NCBI GenBank assembly: GCA_049515535.1
Contig: JBEKTZ010000002.1
Coordinates: 211,467-275,466 of the forward strand
From: Candidatus Aminicenantales bacterium
GTDB lineage: Bacteria; Acidobacteriota; Aminicenantia; Aminicenantales; UBA4085
DNA: 64,000 bases
Direction of reading: 5' to 3'
Position 1 is the stretch's first letter; each line of letters starts with the position of its first letter. A program made the translations under genes and the position numbers. The notes beneath the pieces are model-generated. The model saw only the letters and a list, made by a program, of their open reading frames with translations. It was not told where the DNA came from and did not search any database. Of the stretch, positions 27,925 to 38,310 are shown piece after piece.

Positions 27925-28857
27925 ATGAAAATCTATCGTTCGCTCGAGGCGATTCCCTCCGTCCTTAAAAATACAGCCTTGACCATCGGCAACTTCGACG
28001 GCCTCCATCTCGGACATCAGAAAATCCTGAAGATTTGCATAAGAACGGCGCGCGAAAGGGATTTGCTCGCCGCCGTCCTCACGTTCTCGCCCCACCCGGA
28101 AAAGATATTCAGTCCCGAGAAAGTCTGCATGATCCAGACGCTGGATCAAAGGCTCGAAGGCATCGCCGCATCCGGAGCGGACATGGCCCTCGTCGTCCCG
28201 TTCACCAAGGAGTTCGCCGGACTCCCCGGGGAGGAGTTCGTCCGCAAGATCCTGGTCAAAAAGCTTCAGACCCGCACCCTTATCGTCGGGCCGGATTTCA
28301 GGTTCGGAAAAAGCCGAAGGGGCGATATTCCGGCGCTGAGAAAGTTCGGCAGGCGTTTCGGATTCGACATCCGGGTCGTCCCGCCCGTCCGGAAAAAGGC
28401 CCTCGTCGTCAGTTCCAGCCTGATTCGCGAACTTCTCAAGCTCGGCCATGTCGGATCGGCCCATCAGATGCTCGGCCGTCCGTATGCCATCGAAGGCGAC
28501 ATCGTCCGCGGGGACACCCGGGGCCGCGGCTTGGGATTTCCCACGGCGAACATCGAGACGCCGAACGAGATCATCCCCAGGGGAGTCTTCCTGACGCTGT
28601 TCGAAATCGGAGGCAAAACGATGCTTTCGCTGACCAATATCGGGGTCCGACCGACCTTCCAAAAGAAGAGCATGACCATCGAGACGCATGTTATCGACGT
28701 TCAAAAGAATTTTTACGACAGCGCGGTAAAGCTCATTTTCCTCAAGAAAATTCGCGACGAGCACGCATTTGGCGACAGCCAAGAGCTTACGGCTCGGATC
28801 AGGAAGGATCTGGAAGACGCGCGCCGCTATTTCCGAAAACGGGGACAAAGCGCCTGA
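27925..28857 (+). CDS. ribF: Bifunctional riboflavin kinase/FAD synthetase
   Basis: IGNFDGLHLGH, SSSLIRE, GFPTAN, NIGVRPTF. Confidence 0.95.
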   Translation: MKIYRSLEAIPSVLKNTALTIGNFDGLHLGHQKILKICIRTARERDLLAAVLTFSPHPEKIFSPEKVCMIQTLDQRLEGIAASGADMALVVPFTKEFAGLPGEEFVRKILVKKLQTRTLIVGPDFRFGKSRRGDIPALRKFGRRFGFDIRVVPPVRKKALVVSSSLIRELLKLGHVGSAHQMLGRPYAIEGDIVRGDTRGRGLGFPTANIETPNEIIPRGVFLTLFEIGGKTMLSLTNIGVRPTFQKKSMTIETHVIDVQKNFYDSAVKLIFLKKIRDEHAFGDSQELTARIRKDLEDARRYFRKRGQSA

Positions 28858-28962
28858 AGCAGGATGGTCAGGGTAAACGCCTCGGAAAAACACGCGCCGT
28901 TCGTCAAGGAGATGTCCCCAATTTTCCGTTTTTGTGGTATAAAATAGATCGGGAGGCCGAAC

Positions 28963-29538
28963 ATGGACGTGAAGATCAAAGCCAGCGTCATGGACGCGAC
29001 CAAGATCCGGCGCATCATCTATCGCATGGCCACCGAGATCCTCGAGCGCAACCGCAATCTGAAGAATCTGGCAATCGTCGGGATTCGCACGCGCGGCATC
29101 TTTATCGGCAAGCGCATCGCCAGGATCATCCAAGAGATGGAGAATGTGGAGATTCCCGTCGGCGTCATGGATATTACCCGTTACCGCGACGACTTCGCCG
29201 ATCAAGCGGCCCCTCCCAAGAGCAGGAAGATCGACATCCAATTTTCCATGGCCAAAAGGGACATCATTCTCGTCGACGATGTCCTGATGACGGGCCGGAC
29301 GATTCGAGCCGCCATGGAGGGCCTTTTCGAAAGGGGCCGGCCGAAATCGATCCAGTTGCTCGTTCTCATTGACCGCGGTCACCGCGAGCTTCCCATACGC
29401 GCCGACTATATCGGGAAACAGCTCCCGACCTCCCGCCGAGAGATCGTCCAAGTCCGGCTCAAGGAGATCGACAACCGCGATGAGGTCCAGATCACGGAGC
29501 CCATCGCGCTTAAAAAAAAGGGGAAGAGCCGCGCATAA
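28963..29538 (+). CDS. pyrR: Pyrimidine operon regulator / uracil phosphoribosyltransferase
   Basis: DITRYRDD, VDDVLMTGRTIRAA, DRGHRELPIRADYIGK. Confidence 0.94.
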   Translation: MDVKIKASVMDATKIRRIIYRMATEILERNRNLKNLAIVGIRTRGIFIGKRIARIIQEMENVEIPVGVMDITRYRDDFADQAAPPKSRKIDIQFSMAKRDIILVDDVLMTGRTIRAAMEGLFERGRPKSIQLLVLIDRGHRELPIRADYIGKQLPTSRREIVQVRLKEIDNRDEVQITEPIALKKKGKSRA

Positions 29539-29571
29539 CCGCGATGCGAGTCCATCAAGGAGGTTCGGACC

Positions 29572-30858
29572 TTGAAAATTCTGATTAAGAACGGACGTGT
29601 CGTCGATCCGGAATCCGGAACGGACGAAACTCTCGACATCCTGATCAACGCGGGCAAGATCGTCAACATCAAAGCCAGGATCGATGTCAAGAACACCACT
29701 CTCATCGACGCTTCGCGGCTTGTCGTCGCGCCCGGTTTCATCGATATGCACGCTCATCTGCGCGAGCCAGGCCAGAGCCATAAGGAGACCATCGAAAGCG
29801 GAGCTCGGGCGGCGGCAAAAGGGGGCTTCACGTCGATCTGCGCCATGCCCAACACCAAGCCGGTCAACGACAATCGGGACGTGACCGAATATATCCTCGA
29901 TCAGGCGGCTCGCAAGGCTTCCGTCAATATCTATCCGATCGGCGCCATTACGAAAGGGCTTCTTGGATCGGAGCCGACGGACATGGCCGATCAGATGGCC
30001 GCCGGCGTCATCGCCTTCTCCGACGACGGCCGCTGCGTCCAAGACAGCCGCGTCATGTGGAGGGCGCTCGAAGGGGCCAAGGCCCTGAACGCTCTCGTCA
30101 TCGACCACTGCGAGGACCGATCCTTGTGGGAAGGCGGAGTCATGCACGACGGCGCGGCCGCGCGCCGCTTCGGCCTGCCCGGCATACCGGCGGCGGCCGA
30201 AGACATCATGGTCGCCCGGGACATCATCCTGGCCGAAAGCCTCGGAGCGCACGTCCATATCGCCCATCTCAGCACGAAGGGCGCGGTGCAGCTGGTCCGG
30301 GAGGCGAAAAAACGGAACGTGCCGATCACCGCCGAGGCCACGCCTCACCACTTGATCCTGAACGACGGTCTTCTCGAGAAACATGGGACGGATTACAAGG
30401 TGAACCCGCCCTTGCGGAGCCCCGAAGACGTCAGGGCGCTGATCGGCGCCGTCAAAGACGGCACCGTGGACGTATTCGCCACGGACCATGCCCCTCACAC
30501 GGCGAAAGAGAAAGACGTCGCCTTCGAAAAAGCGCCGTTCGGCATGGTCGGGCTGGAGACCGCCGTCTCGCTTCTTCTGGACAAAATGGTCAACAAGAAC
30601 GTCATTTCCCTGGCGCGCTTCATCGAAATGATCTCCTCAAAACCGGCCCGCATCCTCGGTCTCAAGACCAAGGGCAGGATCGCCGTCGGGGCCGATGCGG
30701 ATCTGACGGTCCTCAATCTTCATAAGACCATTGTGGTCGACGTCGCCGCGTTCCAATCCCGGAGCAAGAACAGCCCGTTTGACGGCTGGAAACTCAAAGG
30801 CGCGCCCGTGATGACGATCGTTGCGGGCAAGATCGTTTATCCATTCGCCGCACGATAG
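29572..30858 (+). CDS. pyrC: Dihydroorotase (class I)
   Basis: DMHAHLREPG, MPNTKP, EATPHHL, KVNPPLR, TDHAPH. Confidence 0.93.
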   Translation: MKILIKNGRVVDPESGTDETLDILINAGKIVNIKARIDVKNTTLIDASRLVVAPGFIDMHAHLREPGQSHKETIESGARAAAKGGFTSICAMPNTKPVNDNRDVTEYILDQAARKASVNIYPIGAITKGLLGSEPTDMADQMAAGVIAFSDDGRCVQDSRVMWRALEGAKALNALVIDHCEDRSLWEGGVMHDGAAARRFGLPGIPAAAEDIMVARDIILAESLGAHVHIAHLSTKGAVQLVREAKKRNVPITAEATPHHLILNDGLLEKHGTDYKVNPPLRSPEDVRALIGAVKDGTVDVFATDHAPHTAKEKDVAFEKAPFGMVGLETAVSLLLDKMVNKNVISLARFIEMISSKPARILGLKTKGRIAVGADADLTVLNLHKTIVVDVAAFQSRSKNSPFDGWKLKGAPVMTIVAGKIVYPFAAR

Positions 30859-30866
30859 GAATAATT

Positions 30867-31622
30867 TTGAGAAAAAAGAAAAAAAAGGGTGCCGTTTCCG
30901 AGGTCGAGCAGGAGCTCCGATATTCCTTTCGGAATAAAGATCTCCTTCTCAGGTCACTGACACACAGTTCGTTCGCCTATGAAAACGCGGAACAGACCAA
31001 GGACAACGAACGGATGGAGTTCCTCGGCGATTCCGTCGTCGGCCTGATCGCGGCCGATTTCTTTTACGGCTCCCATTCCGAGGCGACGGAAGGCGACTTA
31101 TCGAAACTGAAATCCTCCGCGACGAGCACGATCGCCCTGGCGGAATTCGCGCGACAGATCGGACTCGACAAATTCATGCGCGTCGGCCGCGGAGAGGAAA
31201 AAAGCGGCGGTCGGAAAAAAGACAGCATTCTCGCCGGCACGTTCGAAGCCGTCATGGCCGCAATCTACCTTGACGGCGGCTATGCCGCCGCGCAGGATTT
31301 TTATCTGTCGCTGCTCCGCGGTTCGTTCCGGAAGATCAAGGACGCAGGCCAACTCGACATCAACAATTATAAATCCGCCCTCCAGGAATTCTTGCAAAAA
31401 GAAGATTTGCCGGCCCCCCACTACAAGACGTTGAGGACGACGGGACCCGATCACAAGAGGGAATTCGTCGTCGAAGTCTTCGTGAACAAGACGTCCCTGG
31501 CCAAAGCGAGCGGACCGTCCCGCAAGGCCGCCGAGCTCAAAGCGGCCGAAAAAGCGCTCAAAAGCTTCTTCGGGAAAAAGATCAAGGCCCTGACTCAGGA
31601 AACGTTCATCTTTAACAAATAA
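30867..31622 (+). CDS. rnc: Ribonuclease III
   Basis: NERMEFLGDSV; C-terminal dsRBD (YKSALQE...GPDH). Confidence 0.94.
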   Translation: MRKKKKKGAVSEVEQELRYSFRNKDLLLRSLTHSSFAYENAEQTKDNERMEFLGDSVVGLIAADFFYGSHSEATEGDLSKLKSSATSTIALAEFARQIGLDKFMRVGRGEEKSGGRKKDSILAGTFEAVMAAIYLDGGYAAAQDFYLSLLRGSFRKIKDAGQLDINNYKSALQEFLQKEDLPAPHYKTLRTTGPDHKREFVVEVFVNKTSLAKASGPSRKAAELKAAEKALKSFFGKKIKALTQETFIFNK

Positions 31623-31632
31623 ACGCCGAGTC

Positions 31633-32283
31633 ATGACCAAGTGCTCCCGCTGCCGGCAAAAAAAGGCCAAGCGCCGCTGCCCGGCGTTACGAAGCGACTT
31701 ATGCCCTTCCTGCTGCGGCAGTCTGCGGGAGAAAGAGGTGGCCTGTCCGCCCACGTGCCGCTTCCTGACCGAGCACAAGCCCTATCAGGAGAAGAGAATC
31801 CTCCGGAAAGACAAGCCCATCCCGCCGGACCCGGTCCACAGGAAGGATGACATCTTGAAGGACGAACGGCTCGCTTGGCTGGCGATGAATATCGAGGCGC
31901 CCATCAAGAGCATCGGAGAATCGAATCCCTCATTCACGGACGGCGCCGCCATCCTGGCGCTCGAATACGCGAAAGAAAAACTGACGAGGAACCGGAACAT
32001 CCTCTTGATCCCGGGGCAAGATCGAAAGCCCGGAAATGAGGTCGGGGAGAAGGTTTTCCTGGGCATGGAGAACTGCCGATATGAAGGAAGTGTGCTCTTG
32101 GCCTCGGGCGCGGAAGGCTATCCAAGCGATGAAAAACTCCGCTGCCTGGAACATCTCATTCGGGTCGCAAAATCATGGAGCCGGGAGAATTTCGAGGGCC
32201 GCGCCTACATCGATCATCTTCGAGATCAGTTTGCCGAAATCGCGACCCTGGCTCGCCAGTCCAAGGTCATCACCCCGCGCTAG
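31633..32283 (+). CDS. Hypothetical protein with an N-terminal Cys-rich (probable Zn-binding) domain
   Basis: CSRC...CPA...CPSCCG...CPPTC...H. Confidence 0.75.
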   Translation: MTKCSRCRQKKAKRRCPALRSDLCPSCCGSLREKEVACPPTCRFLTEHKPYQEKRILRKDKPIPPDPVHRKDDILKDERLAWLAMNIEAPIKSIGESNPSFTDGAAILALEYAKEKLTRNRNILLIPGQDRKPGNEVGEKVFLGMENCRYEGSVLLASGAEGYPSDEKLRCLEHLIRVAKSWSRENFEGRAYIDHLRDQFAEIATLARQSKVITPR

Positions 32284-32329
32284 CGAGGACCTCTCGCCGG
32301 CCGACCTCGGCCGCCCCGCCTTGATCTCT

Positions 32330-33352
32330 TCACTTGCTCAGCAGCGCGCTCATGAATTTCAAATCGGGGATATTGGCGCAGACGATCTTCAGGATGACCA
32401 TCATCGGAACGGCCAGGATCATGCCTGGAATGCCCCATAACCAACCCCAAAAGAACAGCGCGAACAGGATGCCCAGCGGGCTCAGACCCAGCCCTTTTCC
32501 CATCAGCCGAGGTTCAACCGCCATCCCGAGGATACCGTCGAAGACGAAAAGGACGATGAGCATCCAGAACGCCAACCAGAAATTGTCGAACTGAACAAGG
32601 GCGAAGAGGAACGGGAATATTTTGGCAATCAGGGATCCGATATTGGGAATGTAGTTCAGCAAAAAAGTCAGGAACCCGAAGAGGACCGCGAAATTCAAGC
32701 CGAAAACCATCATGATCACCATCGCGATCAGTCCGGAGACGATGCAGATGACGGTCTTGAGCGCCAGGTATTTCTGGACCTGATGGTCGATGTTCTCGAC
32801 GATTTTGTTGAGCTGGGAGGCCCTCTGTGGCTGGAAGGAATTCATGATCTTGATATTCAGTTTGCCGCGTCCGGCGAGCATGAAAATGAGGAAGATCAAA
32901 ACCAGGAACAGATTGGACAGGAAGGAAACGACCGTGCCGAGCGACGACAGGAAGAACGAACCGACTTTGTCGATATCCAGGCTTTGCAGCCACACCAGCG
33001 GGTCGAGCTTGGATTTAGGGAGCTTGAATTCCGACTGGAGGGACTCGATCATGCCGCTGAATTTCTGCCCGTATTTCGGGAACTCCGAGGCAAACGTCTC
33101 TCCGCTCGAATAGAAGAGAACCCCCATGAGGTAGAGAGCCAGAAACGTGAAGAAAAGGATGACCACAACGGCCAGCGTCTTGGGGATTTTCAGCCGGTTC
33201 GTCAGAAGATCCAGGATGGGAGAGAGCACGAAATAAAAAAAGATCGCCAGGAAAAACGGGAAGAGCACGGACTTCGCCAGACTGAGAACGAGGCCGACGA
33301 CAAAGATCGCGACGATCGCGCTCGAGAACGTCAGAACCTTGTTTTTTTCCAC
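32330..33352 (-). CDS. AI-2E family transporter
   Basis: LLNYIPNIGS, EPRLMGKGLGLSP, WGWLWGIPGMILAVP; start uncertain (GTG at 33352). Confidence 0.88.
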   Translation of the reverse strand: MEKNKVLTFSSAIVAIFVVGLVLSLAKSVLFPFFLAIFFYFVLSPILDLLTNRLKIPKTLAVVVILFFTFLALYLMGVLFYSSGETFASEFPKYGQKFSGMIESLQSEFKLPKSKLDPLVWLQSLDIDKVGSFFLSSLGTVVSFLSNLFLVLIFLIFMLAGRGKLNIKIMNSFQPQRASQLNKIVENIDHQVQKYLALKTVICIVSGLIAMVIMMVFGLNFAVLFGFLTFLLNYIPNIGSLIAKIFPFLFALVQFDNFWLAFWMLIVLFVFDGILGMAVEPRLMGKGLGLSPLGILFALFFWGWLWGIPGMILAVPMMVILKIVCANIPDLKFMSALLSK

Positions 33353-33410
33353 GGGACCTATTGTAAACAATTTGGGGCTCGATTGTCCAATGCGCCGTCT
33401 CCTCCCCCCT

Positions 33411-33491
33411 GGGGATGACCGCGGAGGGAAAAAAATCACCCCCGGCCTCATCGCCCCCGGCGATTGACCGCCTCGCCCGATAGATTAAAAT
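33411..33491 (+). promoter_or_regulatory. Promoter with an operator-like motif shared with 18668-18750
   Basis: ATCACCCC(33435)-N5-TCATC-N9-GATTGACC; TTGACC-16bp-TAAAAT. Confidence 0.7.
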
Positions 33492-33532
33492 CATGAGCGT
33501 ACGAGCAAGGAGAACCTATCGGGAAAGCGCCG

Positions 33533-35938
33533 ATGAAAGAACCGTCTCATAGCAACCCCTTCTTTCTGGAATCTCTCTTGAACAGCCTTAACGACGGCAT
33601 CGTTTCCATGGACAAGAAGAACATGATCACGGAATGGAATCAGGCCGCCGAGCGGATTTTCGGTTATCTCCGCCAAGAAGTCTTGGGAAAGAACCTGGAC
33701 CGTCTGATCGGCGGATCCAAATCCCTGGAAGCGACCCTCGTCACCGCGAACGTGATGATGAAAAGACAAAGAATCGTGAATTTGGAAACCGTCCGCTTTC
33801 GTCATGATGGCACTCCCGTCCCGGTCAGCATTTCGGCCTCTCCAATCCTCTCGGACGATAAATTCCTGGGCAGCGTGGCCATTTACAAGGACATCACCGA
33901 ATGGAAAAGGAGAGAAGAGGAGCAGCGCCTCATCGAGAGAGAAATCCGCGCGCTCAAGGAATTCAACGAGACCATCGTGACCAGCCTGGCCGAAGGCATC
34001 GTTCTCGAGAACGCCAAGGGCTTCATCACCTTCGCCAATCCTACCCTTGAAAAGCTCCTGGGGTATTCGCCCGGAGATCTCATCGGCTCCCACTGGAAAG
34101 CCCTCGTCCATCCCGCTGAATTGAAAAAAATCAAGGAAAAGACCCGATCCCGGACGAAGACGACGATCGAACATTATGAATCCCGTTTCATGACCAAGGA
34201 CGGAAAGGCCATCCCGGTCCTCGTCAGCGCTCAATCCCTGTTTTATAAGACCCGCTTCAAGGGTGTCCTTTCGGCCATTTCCGATATCACCCCTCAAAAG
34301 GACATCGAGCGCGAGCTCCAAACGGCCAAGGAAGAAGCGCTGTCCGCTAATCGCGCCAAAGGCGAATTTCTGGCCAATATGAGTCATGAGATTCGGACGC
34401 CGATGAACGGGATTATCGGCATGATCGAACTCGCCCTGGGCACATCGCTCACGACTGAACAAAAAGACTTCCTCAAGGCCGCCCGGGCCTCGGCCGAATC
34501 GCTGCTGAAGATCCTCAACGACATCCTCGACTTTTCCAAGATCGAAGCGGGGATGATCGAGTTCGAGTCCATTTCGTTCAACCTCCGCGATTCGATCACG
34601 GACATCGTCGCCACGCTCGCCCTCGCCGCTCACAAGAAAAATCTTGAACTGGCCTGTCGCGTGTCGCCCACGATCCCGGACCTGGTCGTCGGAGATCTGG
34701 GCCGCCTGCGTCAGATCATCGTCAACATGGTCAGCAACGCCATCAAGTTCACGGAAAAAGGCGAAGTCGTCGTCGAGGTCAAGGCCGAATCCCGAACCGA
34801 CAGGGATATCGTCCTCCATATCGCGGTGAAGGACACGGGCATCGGCATTCCCGCCGCCAAGAAGGACGACATTTTCCGCGCCTTCGTCCAAGCCGACGGG
34901 TCCATGACCCGGAAATACGGCGGGACAGGACTGGGATTGGCGATCTCGTCCCAGCTCGTGGAGATGATGGGCGGTAAGATATGGGTGGACAGCACGGTCG
35001 GCAAGGGAAGCACATTCCATTTCACGACGCGTCTGGAGCTTCGGAAACAAGCCGAACCCCCGCGGTCGGCCGTGGAACCCAAAGTCCTTCAGGATCTTCC
35101 CGTTTTGATCGTCGACGACAACGCCACGAATCGCTCAATTCTCAAGGAAATGCTGGAAAGCTGGTCGATGAAACCGGTCGTCGCGGACAGCGGATTGTCC
35201 GCGCTATCGCTCTTGAAGATCCGCGAGCGGAACCGCAATCCCATCAAGCTGGCCCTTGTCGATTCCAATATGCCGGGCATGGATGGATTCTCTCTGATCG
35301 ATCGAATCAAGAACGATCCGGCCTTTTCCGGCTCCACCATCCTGATGCTGACGTCCGCCGAGCGGCTCGGCGATCTGAAGAAATCCAAAGACCTGGGAAT
35401 CGCGGCCTATCTGACCAAACCCATCAAGCCCTCCGCCCTTTTCGACGCCATCATGATGGGTCTCGGCTCCGCGTCTTTGAACAAGGAAGAGCGGCCCCTG
35501 GTCACAGGGCAATATCTCCGGGAAAACCGTCGCCATCTCCGGATCCTCCTGGCCGAAGACAATCTTATCAACCAGAAAGTCGCCGTCCGCCTTCTCGAAA
35601 AAAACGGTCATAAGATCACGGCCGCAGACGACGGGAAGAAGGTGCTGGGCGCTTGGAAAAAAGAGCATTTCGACCTGATCCTCATGGACGTCCAGATGCC
35701 GGAATTGAACGGCTTTGAAGTCACCACGGCGATCCGAAAGGCCGAAAAGAAGACGAAAGCGCATGTGCCTATCGTGGCCATGACGGCTCATACCATGAAA
35801 GGTGATCGGGAGCGTTGCCTGGACGCGGGAATGGACGACTATCTCTCGAAACCTCTCCGCCCCGAGGAATTGCTGGCAACGATCGAGCGTGTGGTGGCCG
35901 ATCGGAGACCAGCCTTGCTGAAGAAGACGGAATCATGA
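33533..35938 (+). CDS. Cytoplasmic hybrid histidine kinase (PAS-PAS-HisKA-HATPase-REC-REC)
   Basis: SHEIRTPMN H-box, NAIKFT, DTGIGI, GGTGLGL; two receiver domains; no TM segment. Confidence 0.93.
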   Translation: MKEPSHSNPFFLESLLNSLNDGIVSMDKKNMITEWNQAAERIFGYLRQEVLGKNLDRLIGGSKSLEATLVTANVMMKRQRIVNLETVRFRHDGTPVPVSISASPILSDDKFLGSVAIYKDITEWKRREEEQRLIEREIRALKEFNETIVTSLAEGIVLENAKGFITFANPTLEKLLGYSPGDLIGSHWKALVHPAELKKIKEKTRSRTKTTIEHYESRFMTKDGKAIPVLVSAQSLFYKTRFKGVLSAISDITPQKDIERELQTAKEEALSANRAKGEFLANMSHEIRTPMNGIIGMIELALGTSLTTEQKDFLKAARASAESLLKILNDILDFSKIEAGMIEFESISFNLRDSITDIVATLALAAHKKNLELACRVSPTIPDLVVGDLGRLRQIIVNMVSNAIKFTEKGEVVVEVKAESRTDRDIVLHIAVKDTGIGIPAAKKDDIFRAFVQADGSMTRKYGGTGLGLAISSQLVEMMGGKIWVDSTVGKGSTFHFTTRLELRKQAEPPRSAVEPKVLQDLPVLIVDDNATNRSILKEMLESWSMKPVVADSGLSALSLLKIRERNRNPIKLALVDSNMPGMDGFSLIDRIKNDPAFSGSTILMLTSAERLGDLKKSKDLGIAAYLTKPIKPSALFDAIMMGLGSASLNKEERPLVTGQYLRENRRHLRILLAEDNLINQKVAVRLLEKNGHKITAADDGKKVLGAWKKEHFDLILMDVQMPELNGFEVTTAIRKAEKKTKAHVPIVAMTAHTMKGDRERCLDAGMDDYLSKPLRPEELLATIERVVADRRPALLKKTES

Positions 35939-36897
35939 AAGACAAGATCACCAGGACCATTCTTATCGCCGATGATGATCCGATTTCGAGCCGCATCCTG
36001 GAAAACAACCTCATCAGTTGGGGTTACGAAACCGTCCTCGCTAAAAACGGCGATGAGGCCTGGAAAGCGATCCAAAAACCCGACATCCGCATGGCTCTCC
36101 TGGACTGGATGATGCCCGGCATCGAAGGCATCGAGCTCTGCCGCAGACTGCGGGAGAAGAGCAAAGAGAAATACACCTATATCATTCTTCTCACCGGCAA
36201 AAACCAAGCCCAAAATCTCATCGACGGCTTGCAGGCCGGAGCGGATGATTACATGACCAAGCCGGTCAATTTCCTGGAGCTGAACGCCCGGCTGCAGACG
36301 GGCTGTCGCATCATCGAGCTCGAGGATAAGCTCCTGGAAAACCAGGAACGGCTGACCGAGCTGGCGACCAAGGACAGCTTGACCGCCCTCTGGAACAGGG
36401 CGACCATTCTCACATTCCTCGATGAGGAGATCGACCACGGCACCCGAGACGGGTATCCTGTCAGCGTCATCATGATGGATGTCGATAACTTCAAGAAGAT
36501 CAACGACGGCGGCGGTCATCTCGCGGGAGACAAGGTCCTCAAGCGTCTGGCCCTCAATCTGGAAAAATGCATGCGGCCGTACGATAAGGTCGGCCGCTAC
36601 GGCGGCGATGAGATGTTGATCGTTCTCCCCAATTGCCATCTCGACCAGGTCGCGAAAATCGCCGAACGTCTCCGCATCCGATGCGATAGAACAAAAGTCA
36701 AGGTCAACGGCGGCTCTATCTCCTTTACAATCTCCATCGGATGCGCATCCTCGGAAAGTTTTGCCCGGCCTTCCGCGGATCGCTTGATCCTGGTCAGCGA
36801 CCGGGCCCTCTACGAGGCGAAGCAAACGGGGAGAAATCGCGTCGTTCTATCTCAACCGGCGAAAAAAACGGCCAGGAGGAAAACGGATGGGAAATAA
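35935..36897 (+). CDS. Response regulator diguanylate cyclase (REC-GGDEF)
   Basis: ADDD...LDWMMP receiver; DVDNFKKIND; RPYD I-site; RYGGDEM active site. Confidence 0.92.
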   Translation: MKDKITRTILIADDDPISSRILENNLISWGYETVLAKNGDEAWKAIQKPDIRMALLDWMMPGIEGIELCRRLREKSKEKYTYIILLTGKNQAQNLIDGLQAGADDYMTKPVNFLELNARLQTGCRIIELEDKLLENQERLTELATKDSLTALWNRATILTFLDEEIDHGTRDGYPVSVIMMDVDNFKKINDGGGHLAGDKVLKRLALNLEKCMRPYDKVGRYGGDEMLIVLPNCHLDQVAKIAERLRIRCDRTKVKVNGGSISFTISIGCASSESFARPSADRLILVSDRALYEAKQTGRNRVVLSQPAKKTARRKTDGK

Positions 36898-37237
36898 GAA
36901 CACGGCGAGGGACGTACCCATTCAAAAAGAGGAAGTCCTGGAGAGGATCGGAGGAGACGCCTCGTTTCTCGAGGAGCTTTTAACTCTCTATGACGAGGAG
37001 TTCGCGACAAAAACGGAAGCTCTTGAAAGCGCCTTGTGGAAAAAGGATTTCGCTTCTCTCGAGAATCTGGGGCACAGCCTCAAAGGCTCATCGGCGAATC
37101 TCAGCCTTCCCGGCCTCCGGGAAGCGTCATACGGAATGGAGACAGCCGGACGGGAAAAGGACATCGCCGCGGCCAAAACGGCCATGGCCGAGCTCAAACG
37201 GGAATATGCGCGCCTGAAGGAATATTTCGCCCGATAA
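36887..37237 (+). CDS. Hpt phosphotransfer protein
   Basis: GHSLKGSSANL. Confidence 0.9.
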   Translation: MGNKNTARDVPIQKEEVLERIGGDASFLEELLTLYDEEFATKTEALESALWKKDFASLENLGHSLKGSSANLSLPGLREASYGMETAGREKDIAAAKTAMAELKREYARLKEYFAR

Positions 37238-37300
37238 AATCAGGGGAGCCATCGCCTCTTTCGAATCGAAGCGGCGGATGTCTTTTGGCTTTGAGCCGAT

Positions 37301-38218
37301 TTATGGATTCAGCGCGCGGACCATCGCTTCCAGGAACTTCACCCCTAACGCTTCCTGTCCGTCCTTGATCTTGGCGACGCCGCAAAGGGTACTTCCCGTC
37401 CGCGCCACGAAGACGTTTTGGAGATAAGCGTCTTTGAATCCCAGGCCGGCGGGATTCTTTTCCGGAGATCGCCCGCTCTTGGCGAAGCTGGCGGCAAGCT
37501 GCTCAAACATGGCCTTGGCGTCCTCGGCCGATTGGCCTTCGATGAGGAAACAATCGAATTCCTGGCCGTCCGTCTTATAGTTCGCCAGGAAGCCGTTCTT
37601 CAGAAACTTAAACCCCAAAAAATTGCGGAGGATGAATTTTTCGCTGTTGGGAACGAGCCCCACCTTGGGAAAAACGCGAAGGAGCGCCGGGAAATCCCCC
37701 CGGTCCTTGATCTTCCCCGCGATGGAGTCGGCGAAGAGCCTCAAAAACTCGTCGTTCTTGTCGCCGCCCTCATAGCACATCAGCTTGACATAGTAACGGC
37801 CGGCCAGAAAATTCAAGGATCCTTCTTCCTCGTATCCCTGGATGCCGATGGGAAGAAAATGGCTCTCCGGAAAACGCTCGGCGCCGTAGATGCCGAAGGC
37901 GTTCAATCCCTTCCCCATATCGTAGATCTCGACGGTGATTGAGGTTTTCGGCCGGCTTCCCTGGAACAAGGCGACGATCAATTCCTTGAAATCATAGCCG
38001 ATATAAGCTTCGGCGGCCCCGTCGATGTACTCGAAAAGAGTCTGGGGATCATATCTCTGGACGTCCTCCGCGACCCTCCAACCGGCGACGGTGGGCAAGA
38101 GCGAATTCAATGAAGACGCCCCGCTTTTTTGAGCGCTCGGAAGAAGGAAGGGCAGGGCAAGGAATCCGCAGAACCCGAGGATCCCAACGAAAGCTTTTCT
38201 CGCTTTTTCGGCCGTCAT
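37301..38218 (-). CDS. Secreted hypothetical protein (DUF6599-like)
   Basis: Signal peptide; LFEYIDGAAEAY..Y.F...VEIYDMG...AFGIY pattern; start at 38218 or 38236. Confidence 0.7.
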   Translation of the reverse strand: MTAEKARKAFVGILGFCGFLALPFLLPSAQKSGASSLNSLLPTVAGWRVAEDVQRYDPQTLFEYIDGAAEAYIGYDFKELIVALFQGSRPKTSITVEIYDMGKGLNAFGIYGAERFPESHFLPIGIQGYEEEGSLNFLAGRYYVKLMCYEGGDKNDEFLRLFADSIAGKIKDRGDFPALLRVFPKVGLVPNSEKFILRNFLGFKFLKNGFLANYKTDGQEFDCFLIEGQSAEDAKAMFEQLAASFAKSGRSPEKNPAGLGFKDAYLQNVFVARTGSTLCGVAKIKDGQEALGVKFLEAMVRALNP

Positions 38219-38310
38219 TTCGCGACTCCTGTTCATACGAACTCGAGCTCTCACTATAAGCGCATCGCGACGGATTGACAAGACCGGAGCGCTGGAGTAC
38301 TTTGACAGCG

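Noticed and set aside
27886..30498. 870-aa minus-strand ORF
   Set aside because: Antisense shadow of ribF-pyrR-pyrC with no motifs; typical of GC-rich codon bias.
33491..35050. 519-aa minus-strand ORF
   Set aside because: Antisense shadow of the hybrid kinase.
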